DNA of 64,000 nt, from positions 864,001 to 928,000 of the forward strand of contig OZ244188.1 in NCBI GenBank assembly GCA_965216635.1, in the 5' to 3' direction. Position numbers and translations under genes: made by a program. Origin of the DNA: a bacterium (GTDB taxonomy: Bacteria; SAR324; XYD2-FULL-50-16; G965216635). The notes under the pieces were generated by a model, which was not told the origin of the DNA, made no database searches, and was given only the letters and a program-made list of their open reading frames with translations. Below are positions 50,804 to 61,594 of the stretch, piece by piece (the stretch's first letter is position 1; every line of letters begins with the position of its first letter).

Positions 50804-51685
50804 ATGCCTCAAAATTTGTCGTGGAAAGATATAGACGCAGTTTGTGTGTTGTCTCCTAATGACCCAGAAAGAAAAAAACAGTTCTTAAACTTAAAAAAAA
50901 CTCTGCCTCAATTAAAGACATTTCCTGCGATTATGGGAAGCAATTTAACCCATAAAGATATACAGTCTTTACTAGCGAAAAAAATTCTAGATAAAGGGAG
51001 TATTTCTTTTACTCACAGTGGAGAAATAGGATGTTATTTATCTCACCTACAAATTTTAAAGAACTTTGTTTTGTCTCAAAAAAAATACTGTTTAATATTT
51101 GAAGACGATATGCGTTTAGAAAAAAATTTCACGAAACACCTCAAAGAAGCACTACTAGAATGTCCTGAAAATTGGGATTTCCTTTATCTTTGGGCATGGC
51201 CCATACAAAAGAAATCATGTACCTTCATAAAAAGTAAAAAGTATATTCTTAAAGCTACTAGGATCGGAGGATCTTGTGCTTATGTGGTAAATCAAAAGGG
51301 AGCAAAAAAAATTGTAAATAACATTCAACCTATGAGAGCAAAGGTTATAGATAGACACTTTGGCGATTTAGTAAATCAAAATAAGTTACAAGCTTTTATC
51401 ACAAAAAAAGTAATCACTGAAAATTTAGGGGTGCGTCAAGGATCCAAATTGCCCACTACTATTCATAACACTAGTTATTTGCAATTTTTTCCTCTAAAAC
51501 AATTCATTTTTTGCTTTTTTTACTTAGGTTATTTCTTTTTATTTTGTATTCCAATAAAAGTTGTTTTTAACTACTGGCTACCATTAAGTAACTATGCTTT
51601 AAAAAGATTTGATTTTTTTGCTTTTTTTTTAATGCAAACCAAATCTAAAATAAAAAAAATTTTTGTCTTTTTAAAAAAAAAATAA
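50804..51685 (+). CDS. Glycosyltransferase family 25, paralogue 1
   Basis: Motifs GEIGCYLSH, FEDD, AYVV..KGAKK, ID. Confidence 0.88.
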   Translation: MPQNLSWKDIDAVCVLSPNDPERKKQFLNLKKTLPQLKTFPAIMGSNLTHKDIQSLLAKKILDKGSISFTHSGEIGCYLSHLQILKNFVLSQKKYCLIFEDDMRLEKNFTKHLKEALLECPENWDFLYLWAWPIQKKSCTFIKSKKYILKATRIGGSCAYVVNQKGAKKIVNNIQPMRAKVIDRHFGDLVNQNKLQAFITKKVITENLGVRQGSKLPTTIHNTSYLQFFPLKQFIFCFFYLGYFFLFCIPIKVVFNYWLPLSNYALKRFDFFAFFLMQTKSKIKKIFVFLKKK

Positions 51686-51725
51686 TTTTACGCCAATAAA
51701 TATTACATCGCAATTCAAATTTCCT

Positions 51726-52601
51726 ATGAAAGATATAGATGCAGTTTGTATAGTAACTCCAAACAACCGAGAAAGAAAAAAACAATTCTTAAAATTAAAA
51801 AAAACTCTGCCTCAATTAAAGGCATTTCCAGCGATTATAGGAAATGCTTTAACCCACAAAAACATCAATTCTCTGCTTGAAAAAAAAATATTAGATAGAT
51901 GGAGTGTTTTTTTTTCTCGCAGTGGAGAAATAGGATGTTATTTATCTCACTTACAAATTTTACAAGATTTTTCAAATTCCAAGCAGAGATATAAATTAAT
52001 ATTAGAAGACGATATGCGTTTAGAAAAAAATTTCACGAAACACCTCAAAGAGGCACTACTAGAATGCCCTGAAAATTGGGATTTCCTTTATCTCTATGCT
52101 AACCCCATACAAATGAAACTATCTACTACTATAAAAGGCAAAATGCATATTCTTAAAGCCCCAAGGCTTTGGGGAACTTGCGCTTATGTGGTGAGTCAAA
52201 AAGGAGTCAAGAAAATTATAAATAATATTCAGCCTATGAGAGCAAATCCTATAGACGAACACTTTGGAGATCTAGTAGATCAAAAAAAATTGAAAGCTTT
52301 TGTAACAAAAAAAACAATTACTAAACATTTAGAATATCTTTATAGGAATGCTAGTAATCAATTTTCTAGCACTATCCACAATACAGAAAATTTAATGTTT
52401 TCATCTATCAGACAGGAACTCTTTATTTTTTTATATCTATGTTATTTTTTTTCGCTTTGTATTCCTATAAAAATTATTTCAAATTATTGGTTGCCATCTA
52501 GCGAATTTGGATTAAAAAGGTTTCCTCTTCTTTTTTTAACAAAAATAAAATCTAAAATAAAAGATTGTTTCAAGTTTCCTCTTCTTTTTTTAAAAAAATA
52601 A
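51726..52601 (+). CDS. Glycosyltransferase family 25, paralogue 2
   Basis: Motifs GEIGCYLSH, LEDD, AYVVSQKG, PIDEH. Confidence 0.88.
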   Translation: MKDIDAVCIVTPNNRERKKQFLKLKKTLPQLKAFPAIIGNALTHKNINSLLEKKILDRWSVFFSRSGEIGCYLSHLQILQDFSNSKQRYKLILEDDMRLEKNFTKHLKEALLECPENWDFLYLYANPIQMKLSTTIKGKMHILKAPRLWGTCAYVVSQKGVKKIINNIQPMRANPIDEHFGDLVDQKKLKAFVTKKTITKHLEYLYRNASNQFSSTIHNTENLMFSSIRQELFIFLYLCYFFSLCIPIKIISNYWLPSSEFGLKRFPLLFLTKIKSKIKDCFKFPLLFLKK

Positions 52602-52627
52602 AAGAATTTTTGAGAAAAAAATAACCT

Positions 52628-53512
52628 ATGTTAAAAGAATTTAAATTTCCTGTACAAAAAATACCTGCAGTTTGCATAGTATCTCCAAACAACCCAGAGA
52701 GAAAAAAACAGTTTTTAAAACTAAAAAAAACTCTGCCTCAATTAAAAGCATTTCCAGCAATTATGGGAACAGCTTTAACCAAAAAAGATATTCCGTCTTT
52801 ACTAACAAAAAAAATACTAGACAAACTAAGCATTTCTTTTTCTTTAAAGGGGGAAATTGGAGTTTATCTATCCCAGTTACAAATTTTAAAGAACTTTATC
52901 CAATCCAAACAAAAATACTGTTTAATATTTGAAGACGATATGCGGTTAGAAAAAAATTTTACGAATGATTTAAGAGATGCATTGCAAGAATGTCCAACAG
53001 ATTTTGATTTTCTTTATCTTTACGCTGACCCCGAACAAAAAAAACTATCTACTACTATCAAGAACAAAAAATATATTCTCAAAGCCCCTAGACTTTGGTC
53101 TGCTTGTGCCTATGTAGTAAGCCAAAAAGGAGCAAAAAAAATTGCAAATAATATTCAACCTATGAGAGCAACTCCTATAGACGAACACTTTGGAAAATTA
53201 GTAACTCAAAATAAATTACAAGCCTTTGTAACTAAAAAAAAAATTACTAGCAACCTAGGAGATCTTTATCTAGGCAACACCAATCAATTAGCTACTACCA
53301 TTCAAAATTCTAGTTATTTATCTATTTTTTTTCTATTCCAAATAGTTTTGCGTTTTTTTCATTTTTTTTATTTCTTTTTGTTTTGCATTCCTTCAAGAAT
53401 TATTTTTTGTTATTGGCCTCCTTTGAGTAGCTATGGGATAAGGCGGTTTTCTCTTTGGAAAATTAAGGTTTTTCTAGATTCTTTTAAAAAAAATAAAACC
53501 TCTAAAATCTAG
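52628..53512 (+). CDS. Glycosyltransferase family 25, paralogue 3
   Basis: GEIGVYLSQ (variant of GCxxSH), FEDD, AYVVSQKGAKK, PIDEH. Confidence 0.85.
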   Translation: MLKEFKFPVQKIPAVCIVSPNNPERKKQFLKLKKTLPQLKAFPAIMGTALTKKDIPSLLTKKILDKLSISFSLKGEIGVYLSQLQILKNFIQSKQKYCLIFEDDMRLEKNFTNDLRDALQECPTDFDFLYLYADPEQKKLSTTIKNKKYILKAPRLWSACAYVVSQKGAKKIANNIQPMRATPIDEHFGKLVTQNKLQAFVTKKKITSNLGDLYLGNTNQLATTIQNSSYLSIFFLFQIVLRFFHFFYFFLFCIPSRIIFCYWPPLSSYGIRRFSLWKIKVFLDSFKKNKTSKI

Positions 53513-54569
53513 TTTTAATATAGTTTAAGATTCCAAAAATTTTGATATAAAACAACCGTCTTGTTACTTTTATAAAGATCATTTGACAGTAATTATAAAA
53601 AGATAGTTTATCTCCAGTAGAATCTTGTCCTAAAAGGATAGATGTTAATTTCATTTGTTGTTTTGTAATATTTTTTTCCTTAACCCATTGAGATTTAAGA
53701 GCAGAGCTAAAACCAGAAAAAACTTTTTTTTTATTTACACGGGGATATCCGTAAAAATCCTTAATAGAAAGAATCTGATCAACTATTTTCTTTATTTCTT
53801 TTAAAGTCTGTGACTCTAATTTTTTCCGACCTGAAAAAAAGGGTGTATTTTTAGTATCAATTGTAATCCCAAACTTTTTAAGATGATTTTTAACAATCAA
53901 CAAATGTGCTTGTTTTTGTTTTTCCCTATTTGCTGTGCTATCTTGTTTATTATAAACACGATACCTATACAAAATTTCATCAATAGCAGCAAAAGAAAGA
54001 ACGGAGCATCCGTTCACCCAATAATCATAATCCTCTGCAGATTCTAATTGCTCATTAAAAAACAATTTATTCGCTTTAATTTTTTTCATTTTCACCATAC
54101 TGCCACCGGTTCCGAATGCACAATCAAACAAAAAAGTGGATTTAATTTGGAAATCAAGAAGAGCACTCTTAAGTATAAATTGACGGTCTCCAAAACAACC
54201 CAGATAACAACTTACTACATCTATATTGGGATTTTGTTTTAAATAATCTATTTGAGTTTGCAACCAGTGGGGCAAGCTGATATCATCGGCATCCATCCAT
54301 GCTATAAATTCTGTTTTGCAGTTTTTGAGTAGAATATTGCGACATTTTGCTTGTTTTTGATTTTTTCCATTGGTAAGAACTTGTATTCTTTTATCTTTCT
54401 TTGCATAGTCTTTTATGATTTCTAAACTCTTATCTGTGGAAGCATCGTCTAAAATCAAAAATTCAAAATTTCTGTAAGTTTGTGTTAAAATACTACTAAT
54501 ACTTTCGTCTAAAAACTTTTCCGCATTATAGACTGGCATTAAAACTGTTAAAAGAGGAAAGTTTTTCAT
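53502..54569 (-). CDS. Glycosyltransferase family 2, paralogue A
   Basis: Motifs MPVYN, DDASTD, MDADD, AEDY. Confidence 0.92.
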   Translation of the reverse strand: MKNFPLLTVLMPVYNAEKFLDESISSILTQTYRNFEFLILDDASTDKSLEIIKDYAKKDKRIQVLTNGKNQKQAKCRNILLKNCKTEFIAWMDADDISLPHWLQTQIDYLKQNPNIDVVSCYLGCFGDRQFILKSALLDFQIKSTFLFDCAFGTGGSMVKMKKIKANKLFFNEQLESAEDYDYWVNGCSVLSFAAIDEILYRYRVYNKQDSTANREKQKQAHLLIVKNHLKKFGITIDTKNTPFFSGRKKLESQTLKEIKKIVDQILSIKDFYGYPRVNKKKVFSGFSSALKSQWVKEKNITKQQMKLTSILLGQDSTGDKLSFYNYCQMIFIKVTRRLFYIKIFGILNYIKTRF

Positions 54570-55636
54570 TTTAATAAAACTTTAATATAATTTCTAATAC
54601 CAAAAATTTTAATATCAAACATCCGTCTTGTTGCTTTTAGAAAAATCATTTGACAGTAGTTATAAAAAGACAGTTTATAACTAGCAAACTCTTGTCTCAA
54701 AGGATTATCTGCTAATTGCAATTGTTGTTTTGTAATATTTTTTTCCTTAATCCATTGAGATGTAAGAGCAGTGTGGAATCCATAAAAAACTACTTTTTTA
54801 TTTACACCAGGATATCCGTAAAAATCCTTAATAGAAAAAATCCGATCAACTATTTTCTTTATTTCTTTTAAAGTCTGTGATTCTGATTTATTCCAACCTA
54901 AAAAAAGGGGTATAATTTTAGTATCAATTGTAATCCCAAACTTTTTAAAATGATTTTTAACAATCAATAAATGTACTTGTTTTTGTTTTTCCCTATTTGC
55001 TACACTATCTTGTTTATTGTGAATATGATACTGGTACAATACTCTATCAATATTAGCAAAACGAACAAAAGGACAACAATCCACCCAATACTGAAAATCA
55101 GGTGCTGATTCTAAATTTTCATTATAAAAAATTTTATTTATTCTAATTTTTTCTATTTTTACCATACTGCACGGACTCACAACTGCACATCCGAATAAAA
55201 GATCAGATTTAATTTGGAGATCAAAAAGATTGTGCTTAATAAAACCTTTTCTGTCTCCAAAAATAGAACTGTATGCGCTAACTATATCTATATTGGGATT
55301 TTGGTTTAAAAAATCTATTTGTATTTGCAAACGTTCAGGTAGACTGATATCATCGGCATCCATCCAAGCAATAAATTCTGTTTTACAGTTTTTGAGTAAG
55401 ATATTGCGGCATTTTGCTTCTCCTTGATTTTTTCTATTGGTAAGAACAGAGATTCTTTTATCTTTCTTTGCATAGTTTTTTATTATTTCTAAACTATTGT
55501 CTGTGGAAGCATCGTCTAAAATCAAAAATTCAAAATTTCTGTAAGTTTGTGTTAAAATACTACTAATACTTTCGTCTAAAAACTTTTCAGCGTTATAGAC
55601 TGGCATTAAAACGGCAAGAGGATGGGTGTTTTTCAT
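54566..55636 (-). CDS. Glycosyltransferase family 2, paralogue B
   Basis: Motifs MPVYN, DDASTD, MDADD. APDF replaces AEDY. Confidence 0.92.
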   Translation of the reverse strand: MKNTHPLAVLMPVYNAEKFLDESISSILTQTYRNFEFLILDDASTDNSLEIIKNYAKKDKRISVLTNRKNQGEAKCRNILLKNCKTEFIAWMDADDISLPERLQIQIDFLNQNPNIDIVSAYSSIFGDRKGFIKHNLFDLQIKSDLLFGCAVVSPCSMVKIEKIRINKIFYNENLESAPDFQYWVDCCPFVRFANIDRVLYQYHIHNKQDSVANREKQKQVHLLIVKNHFKKFGITIDTKIIPLFLGWNKSESQTLKEIKKIVDRIFSIKDFYGYPGVNKKVVFYGFHTALTSQWIKEKNITKQQLQLADNPLRQEFASYKLSFYNYCQMIFLKATRRMFDIKIFGIRNYIKVLLK

Positions 55637-56703
55637 TTTAATAAAACTTTAATATAATTTCTAATACCAAAAATTTTAATATTAAACAGCCGTCTTGTTG
55701 CTTTTAGAAAGATCATTTGACAGTAGTTATAAAAAGACAGTTTATAACTAGAAAACTCTTGTCTCAAAGTATTATCTGCTAATTGCAATTGTTGTTTTGT
55801 AATATTTTTTTCCTTAATCCATTGAGATGTAAGAGCAGTGTGGAATCCAGAAAAAACTACTTTTTTATTTACACCAGGATATCCGTAAAAATCCTTAATA
55901 GAAAAAATCCGATCAACTATTTTCTTTGTTTCTTTTAAAGTCTGTGACTCTAATTTCTTCCGAACTGAAAAAAATGGTATATTTTTAGTATCAATTGTAA
56001 TCCCAAACTTTTTAAAATGATTTTCAACAATCAATAAATGTACTTGTTTTTGTTTTTCCCTATTTGCTGTACTATCTTGTTTATTATGAATACGATACCG
56101 ATACAATACTCTATTAATATTAGCAAAACGAACAAAAGGACAACAATCCACCCAATATTGAAAATCAGGTGCTGATTCTAAATTTTCATTATAAAAAATT
56201 TTATTTATTCTAATTTTTTCTATTTTTACCATACTGCACGGACCCACAACTGCACATTTGAATAAAAGAACAGATTTAATTTGGAGATCAAAAAGATTGT
56301 GCTTAATAAAACCTTTTCCGTCTCCAAAAATAGAACTATATGCGCTAACTATATCTATATTGGGATTTTGGTTTAAAAAATCCATTTGTACTTGCAAACG
56401 TTCAGTTAGACTGATATCATCAGCATCCATCCAAGCTATAAATTCTGTTTTACAGTTTTTGAGTAGAATATTGCGACATTTTGCTTCTCCTTGATTTTTT
56501 CTATTGGTAAGAACAGAGATTCTTTTATCTTTCTTTGCATAGTTTTTTATTATTTCTAAACTCTTATCTGTGGAAGCATCGTCTAAAATTAAGAATTTAA
56601 AATTAGAGTAGGTTTGATTTAAAATACTTATGATACTTTCGTCTAAAAACTTTTCAGCGTTATAGACTGGCATTAAAACTGTTAAAAGAAGAGTGTTTTT
56701 CAT
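55633..56703 (-). CDS. Glycosyltransferase family 2, paralogue C
   Basis: Near-identical to paralogue B. Start MKNTLL chosen by alignment with A and B. Confidence 0.92.
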   Translation of the reverse strand: MKNTLLLTVLMPVYNAEKFLDESIISILNQTYSNFKFLILDDASTDKSLEIIKNYAKKDKRISVLTNRKNQGEAKCRNILLKNCKTEFIAWMDADDISLTERLQVQMDFLNQNPNIDIVSAYSSIFGDGKGFIKHNLFDLQIKSVLLFKCAVVGPCSMVKIEKIRINKIFYNENLESAPDFQYWVDCCPFVRFANINRVLYRYRIHNKQDSTANREKQKQVHLLIVENHFKKFGITIDTKNIPFFSVRKKLESQTLKETKKIVDRIFSIKDFYGYPGVNKKVVFSGFHTALTSQWIKEKNITKQQLQLADNTLRQEFSSYKLSFYNYCQMIFLKATRRLFNIKIFGIRNYIKVLLK

Positions 56704-56842
56704 TGCAAAAATTTTTGAGTTACTTTTCCGTGTTAACCAAAGTTTATTTTCTCCTTTAAAATCATAACCCAAAAGATTTTTAAAAACCAAAATTTGAAAT
56801 AACAAGCTAATTCCTTATACTAATTCAATAGTCTCTGTTTGT

Positions 56843-58510
56843 TTAATCCCCAAACAAAGAGAAAAAAGGATTTTCTAAAAGTGAAGTGAGATAATTCATA
56901 AAATGGGTAGCTTCTGCTCCATCTATGACTCTGTGGTCGTAGGAAAGGCTTAGCGGTAATATAAGGCGAGGAACGAGTTCTCCTTCTATGTATTTTGCTT
57001 CTAAACTACTTCTGGAGATTCCAAGAATTGCCACATCGGGCCAGTTGACGATAGGAGAAAAAAATTTTATTTTACCCAAACCTCCAAGACTAGAAACTGT
57101 AAAGCAACTACCTTGTATTTCTTCCGCACTCAGTTTTCTATCTCTTGCTTTTTGGGATAACTCGCCTACCTCTAAAGCAATTTGTAAAAGATTTTTTTTG
57201 TTCACATCTTTAAGAACAGGGACTAAAAGTCCATTTTCTGTATCTACTGCAAGTCCTAAGTGATAATATTTTTTTACAACAAGAGTTTGATTTTGGCTAT
57301 CATAACTAGCATTGAAATTAGGAAATTTAATTAAGGTTTTGATAAGGGCTTTGAGTAAAATAATGGTGAAAGTCAGTTTGCCTCCTTCTTTTTCTACCGA
57401 TTTTTTATATTTTTGACGCATCTTTTCTAAATCGGTAATGTCTATTTCGTTATGATTGGTTACTTGTGGTACGGCTTGCCAAGTAGCCGCCATATGTTGT
57501 GCAGTTATTTGTTTGATTTTGTTAAGATTAAAAATTTCTGTTTCTCCAAAGTTTGAAAAATCTGGTAATGCTCTTGTTGCACTAGACCTTTTTGATTGAT
57601 TGATTTTTTTAGAATGGGATTTTACATCGTCTATACAAATTCTTCCCCTAGAAAGAGTTCCTTTTACTTGCCGTATGTCAATACCAATTTCCCGAGCAAA
57701 GCGACGCACAATAGGAGACGCTGGAACAAGAATATTTTTTTTTATAGGGCTAGATGCAGAACTAGTGGAGGTAGCAGTTTGGGGCGTTCTTGTGTTTTTT
57801 TTTTCTACTGGATCTTTTCCCGTAGACTTTGTTTCTATAGATTTTTTTGTTACAGGTTCTTCTTCTACAGGCTCTTTTTTAGGCGAAGCGGTCTCTTGGG
57901 AATAGGTAATAAGAGTTAAAATTTCTTGGCCTGTTTTGATTTTATCCCCTTCTTTGATTGCAATAGATTCTACTTTTCCTGCAAAATCGGATGGAATTTC
58001 TATTGTAGATTTATCGGTTTCTAACTCTATTAAAATTGCTCCTTTTTCAATACCATCTCCTTTCTTGACAGCAATTTTTAAAATATTTGCTTCTTCTATA
58101 CCTTCCCCTAAATCCTTTAAAACTACAGATTGTGTTTTTTTAGCCGTAGCTTTAGCGGATGGTTTGGTTTCTTTTTGTTCGGGTTCTTTGGGGGATGGAG
58201 CAAGAGTATCCTGTTTTTCAGTCGTAGATTTTTTTATTTCTGGTTCTTCTTTAGAGGCTGGTTTTTGTTCAACACTACTTTCTTCTAAAATAGCAACAAC
58301 CATCCCTTGCTCTATACTATCTCCTACTTTTACTAATACTTCTTTGACTATTCCACAATCAGGCGAGGGTATCTCTAAAGTAGCCTTGTCTGTTTCTAGT
58401 TCTAAAATAATATCGTCTTTTTGAATTTCTTTACCTTTTTCTAAATGAACGGTTATTAGGGTAGATTCAGAGATATTTTCACCTAAGTTGGGAACTTTTA
58501 GCTCTATCAT
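56843..58510 (-). CDS. aceF: Pyruvate dehydrogenase E2 dihydrolipoamide acetyltransferase (two lipoyl domains)
   Basis: Two LETDK lipoyl motifs, ASPIVRRFARE E3-binding domain, and catalytic DHRVIDG. Confidence 0.93.
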   Translation of the reverse strand: MIELKVPNLGENISESTLITVHLEKGKEIQKDDIILELETDKATLEIPSPDCGIVKEVLVKVGDSIEQGMVVAILEESSVEQKPASKEEPEIKKSTTEKQDTLAPSPKEPEQKETKPSAKATAKKTQSVVLKDLGEGIEEANILKIAVKKGDGIEKGAILIELETDKSTIEIPSDFAGKVESIAIKEGDKIKTGQEILTLITYSQETASPKKEPVEEEPVTKKSIETKSTGKDPVEKKNTRTPQTATSTSSASSPIKKNILVPASPIVRRFAREIGIDIRQVKGTLSRGRICIDDVKSHSKKINQSKRSSATRALPDFSNFGETEIFNLNKIKQITAQHMAATWQAVPQVTNHNEIDITDLEKMRQKYKKSVEKEGGKLTFTIILLKALIKTLIKFPNFNASYDSQNQTLVVKKYYHLGLAVDTENGLLVPVLKDVNKKNLLQIALEVGELSQKARDRKLSAEEIQGSCFTVSSLGGLGKIKFFSPIVNWPDVAILGISRSSLEAKYIEGELVPRLILPLSLSYDHRVIDGAEATHFMNYLTSLLENPFFSLFGD

Positions 58511-58520
58511 TTTTTGGAAA

Positions 58521-61196
58521 TTATTTAGTCATTGGGTTGATTTTATCTTTCTTGAGATTGAGTTTTTTTACAATTTCTGTGTGTTTCGTTTTATCTATTT
58601 TTTTTTGTTTTAGCAGTGTATTTGCAGCGGCTAGAACAATGTAGCATTCTGAAACTTCAAAATGATCTCTTAAATTATTTCTAGTTTCACTCAATCCAAA
58701 GCCATCGGTGCCTAAAGAAACCATTTCTAAAGGCATCCAACGATGGACTGCATCCGATAATACTTTCATATAATCAGAAACACAGACAACAATGCCTTTT
58801 TCTTTTTCAAAAAGTTGGGTTAGATAGGGTTTTTCTTCTGTATCTTTAGTGTCTAGTAAATTTTTTCTATCCGCTTCTAAACCATCTTTTCTAAGCTCTG
58901 TCCAGCTAGTAACATTCCAAATATCTACTGAAATACCGTATGAATTAAGAATTTTTTGTGCAGGTAGACAGCATTGGTGTAAAATAGTTCCGCTAGATAA
59001 TAGATGCACCTTCAAATCTTTTGCTTTTTGTTGGGGTGTTTCCTTTTGTTTGTGGAGTGGATAAATTCCTTTTATTATACCTTCTTCGCAACCTTCTGGC
59101 ATAGGCGGCATTTCAATATTTTCATTTTCTAAAGTTAGGTAGTAAAACTCATCTTTTTGTTGATTATACATTCTATCCAACCCTTCCTTAATGATAACAG
59201 CTATATCGTAAGCGTAAGTCGGATCATAGCTTTTTATATTGGGAATTGTACTTGCTAAAACATGACTATGTCCGTCTTGGTGTTGCAAACCTTCCCCGTT
59301 GAGAGTAGTTCTTCCAGCAGTGCCACCAAGCATAAATCCTTTGACCATCATATCACCCGCTGCCCAAGCTAAATCTCCTATTCTCTGAAATCCAAACATA
59401 GAGTAATACACAAAGAAAGGAATCATCGGCACACCATAATTAGCATAAGCACTGCCCACTGCGTTAAAAGAGCTCATAGCCCCAGCTTCATTGATGCCTT
59501 CTTCCAGCATTTGTCCGTCTTTGGCTTCTTTGTAATAAAGCAGACTGTCTTTATCTACAGGCTCGTAAAGCTGTCCGACAGAGGCATAAATTCCAATAGA
59601 GCTAAAAAGAGTCTCCATACCAAAAGTTCTCGCTTCGTCTGGAACTATAGGAACTATGTATTTTCCTATTCCTTTGTCTTTGAGTAGTTTTGTAAGCACC
59701 CTAACAAAAGCTACAGTAGAAGAAACTTCTCTCCCTTTACTGCCTGCATAAAATTCTTCAAAAAGTTTTACGTCCAGTTCCAAAGGAGGAAAATTAACTT
59801 TTCTTTGCGGTATAAATCCGCCTAGTTTTTTTCTTTGCTGTAACAAATACTGCATTTCTGCAGAATCTTCGGCTGGTTTATAAAAAGGCAAATCGTTGAT
59901 TTTTTCTTGGGAAATGGGAATATCAAACCGAATACAGAATTTTTTTAATTCCGTCTCAGCTAGTTTTTTTTGTTGATGGGTTACATTTCGTCCTTGCATA
60001 GTCTCCCCCATACCATAACCTTTAACGGAATGGGCTAAAATCACAGAAGGTGTATCTTTATCATCTACTGCATTTTTGTAAGCTGCATACATTTTATTAG
60101 GGTCGTGTCCGCCTCTGTTGAGTTTTGTTAAATCATCATTGGTTAGATGTTTGACCATCTCTAGCAGTTCGGGGTATTTTCCAAAAAAATGCTTGCGGAT
60201 ATAAGCTCCCGATTCCACAGAGTATTTTTGAAAAGTCCCGTCTGGTTCCTCAGACATTCTTTGTATTAAAAGAGCAGCGTCTGGGTGCGCTAGCAAAGAA
60301 TCCCATTTGCCACCCCAAATTACTTTAATCACATTCCATTTTGCTCCTTGAAAAATTCCCGCTAACTCTTGGATAATTTTTCCATTACCTCTAACAGGCC
60401 CATCCAATCGTTGCAAATTACAATTAATTACAAAAATTAAATTCCCTAAATTTCCCCGCTCTGCCAAACGAATCGCAGATAAAGTTTCTGGTTCATCGGT
60501 TTCTCCATCACCAATAAAAGCCCAAACATTACAATCATTTTTAGGGATTAGTCCTCTATTTTGTAAATACCTCATAAATCTTGCTTGGTAAATTGCCATC
60601 ACAGGACCCAAACCCATAGACACAGTCGGAAACTGCCAAAAATTTCTCATTAAACGCGGATGCGGATAAGAAGACAATCCTCCTTCTTCTGCTAACTCTC
60701 TACGGAAATTTTTAAGGTGATTCTCATTAAAAGTGCCTTCTAAAAAAGAACGAGCATAAATACCGGGAGAAGAATGTCCTTTAAAAAAAATCAAATCACC
60801 TGGAGAATTTTCTGTAGGGGCTTTAAAAAAATGGTTAAATCCTACTTCTAACATAGTAGCTTCCGATGCAAAAGTAGAAATATGCCCACCTACATCTGCA
60901 TCACCGCGGTTCGCTTTGACAACCATAGCCATAGCATTCCACCGCACGAGATTTTTTATTTTTCGCTCCAGATCTCTATTACCGGGATACTTCGGTTGTT
61001 CTTGCAGAGGAATAGTATTTGTATAGGGTGTATTGAGTTTGTAAGGACTACGAATATTTTGTTGATAGGCGTGAATATCTAAATTTTCCAGCAATTTTTT
61101 TGCTCTTTCTATACCATCTGTTTCAATAATATAATCTAAGGAATCTTGCCATTCTTTAAATTCCTCATCAATAAGTTTTGTGGTTTCTTCGCTCAT
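58521..61196 (-). CDS. aceE: Pyruvate dehydrogenase E1 (homodimeric type)
   Basis: Motifs GGHIST, SSYPHP, FPTVSMGLGP, GDGETDEPE, NLQRLDGPV, EGLQHQDGHS. Confidence 0.98.
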   Translation of the reverse strand: MSEETTKLIDEEFKEWQDSLDYIIETDGIERAKKLLENLDIHAYQQNIRSPYKLNTPYTNTIPLQEQPKYPGNRDLERKIKNLVRWNAMAMVVKANRGDADVGGHISTFASEATMLEVGFNHFFKAPTENSPGDLIFFKGHSSPGIYARSFLEGTFNENHLKNFRRELAEEGGLSSYPHPRLMRNFWQFPTVSMGLGPVMAIYQARFMRYLQNRGLIPKNDCNVWAFIGDGETDEPETLSAIRLAERGNLGNLIFVINCNLQRLDGPVRGNGKIIQELAGIFQGAKWNVIKVIWGGKWDSLLAHPDAALLIQRMSEEPDGTFQKYSVESGAYIRKHFFGKYPELLEMVKHLTNDDLTKLNRGGHDPNKMYAAYKNAVDDKDTPSVILAHSVKGYGMGETMQGRNVTHQQKKLAETELKKFCIRFDIPISQEKINDLPFYKPAEDSAEMQYLLQQRKKLGGFIPQRKVNFPPLELDVKLFEEFYAGSKGREVSSTVAFVRVLTKLLKDKGIGKYIVPIVPDEARTFGMETLFSSIGIYASVGQLYEPVDKDSLLYYKEAKDGQMLEEGINEAGAMSSFNAVGSAYANYGVPMIPFFVYYSMFGFQRIGDLAWAAGDMMVKGFMLGGTAGRTTLNGEGLQHQDGHSHVLASTIPNIKSYDPTYAYDIAVIIKEGLDRMYNQQKDEFYYLTLENENIEMPPMPEGCEEGIIKGIYPLHKQKETPQQKAKDLKVHLLSSGTILHQCCLPAQKILNSYGISVDIWNVTSWTELRKDGLEADRKNLLDTKDTEEKPYLTQLFEKEKGIVVCVSDYMKVLSDAVHRWMPLEMVSLGTDGFGLSETRNNLRDHFEVSECYIVLAAANTLLKQKKIDKTKHTEIVKKLNLKKDKINPMTK

Positions 61197-61252
61197 AGTT
61201 TTAGATAGTTAGATATTTTTATAAAAAAAATTTGTGGGATGATTTGTTATAT

Positions 61253-61522
61253 TTATTTTAATTTCCATTTCTTTGTTAGTGGATCTCTTTGTACTTTATC
61301 CTTTGCTTCCAATTCCCGAAACAAAGCAACAACCCAATATTGTTGATGAGATGATGTTGCATTCTTCTTTTCACCCCAATCAAAACCACACATTCTAAAA
61401 ATTTCAGCTAGGTTTAATCCCTGTTGATCAGATTTACAATTTTCATTTTTTTGCATGAAATCCAATACAAGAGATTTTGACAAATCTTTTATTTCATTAC
61501 CTCTTGTTTCATATTCAGTCAT
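61253..61522 (-). CDS. Small hypothetical protein, possibly wHTH
   Basis: 89 aa from MTEYETRG. Helix pattern ends '..LFRELEAKDKVQRD....W'. Downstream of the REase. Confidence 0.55.
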   Translation of the reverse strand: MTEYETRGNEIKDLSKSLVLDFMQKNENCKSDQQGLNLAEIFRMCGFDWGEKKNATSSHQQYWVVALFRELEAKDKVQRDPLTKKWKLK

Positions 61523-61594
61523 GTTTTTTCTTTTTTTCTGTGGTTTAACAAATTGTATACTATAATTTACAAAAATTTTCACACACAACAAAAT

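Noticed and set aside
50804..56703. Phase-variable homopolymer tracts in the GT genes
   Set aside because: A/T runs of 8-10 are common throughout this AT-rich window, all six frames are intact, and there are no poly-G/C tracts.
57596..58424. Plus-strand ORFs of 100-160 aa
   Set aside because: These are antisense shadows of aceF. The same applies to most short opposite-strand ORFs in the track.
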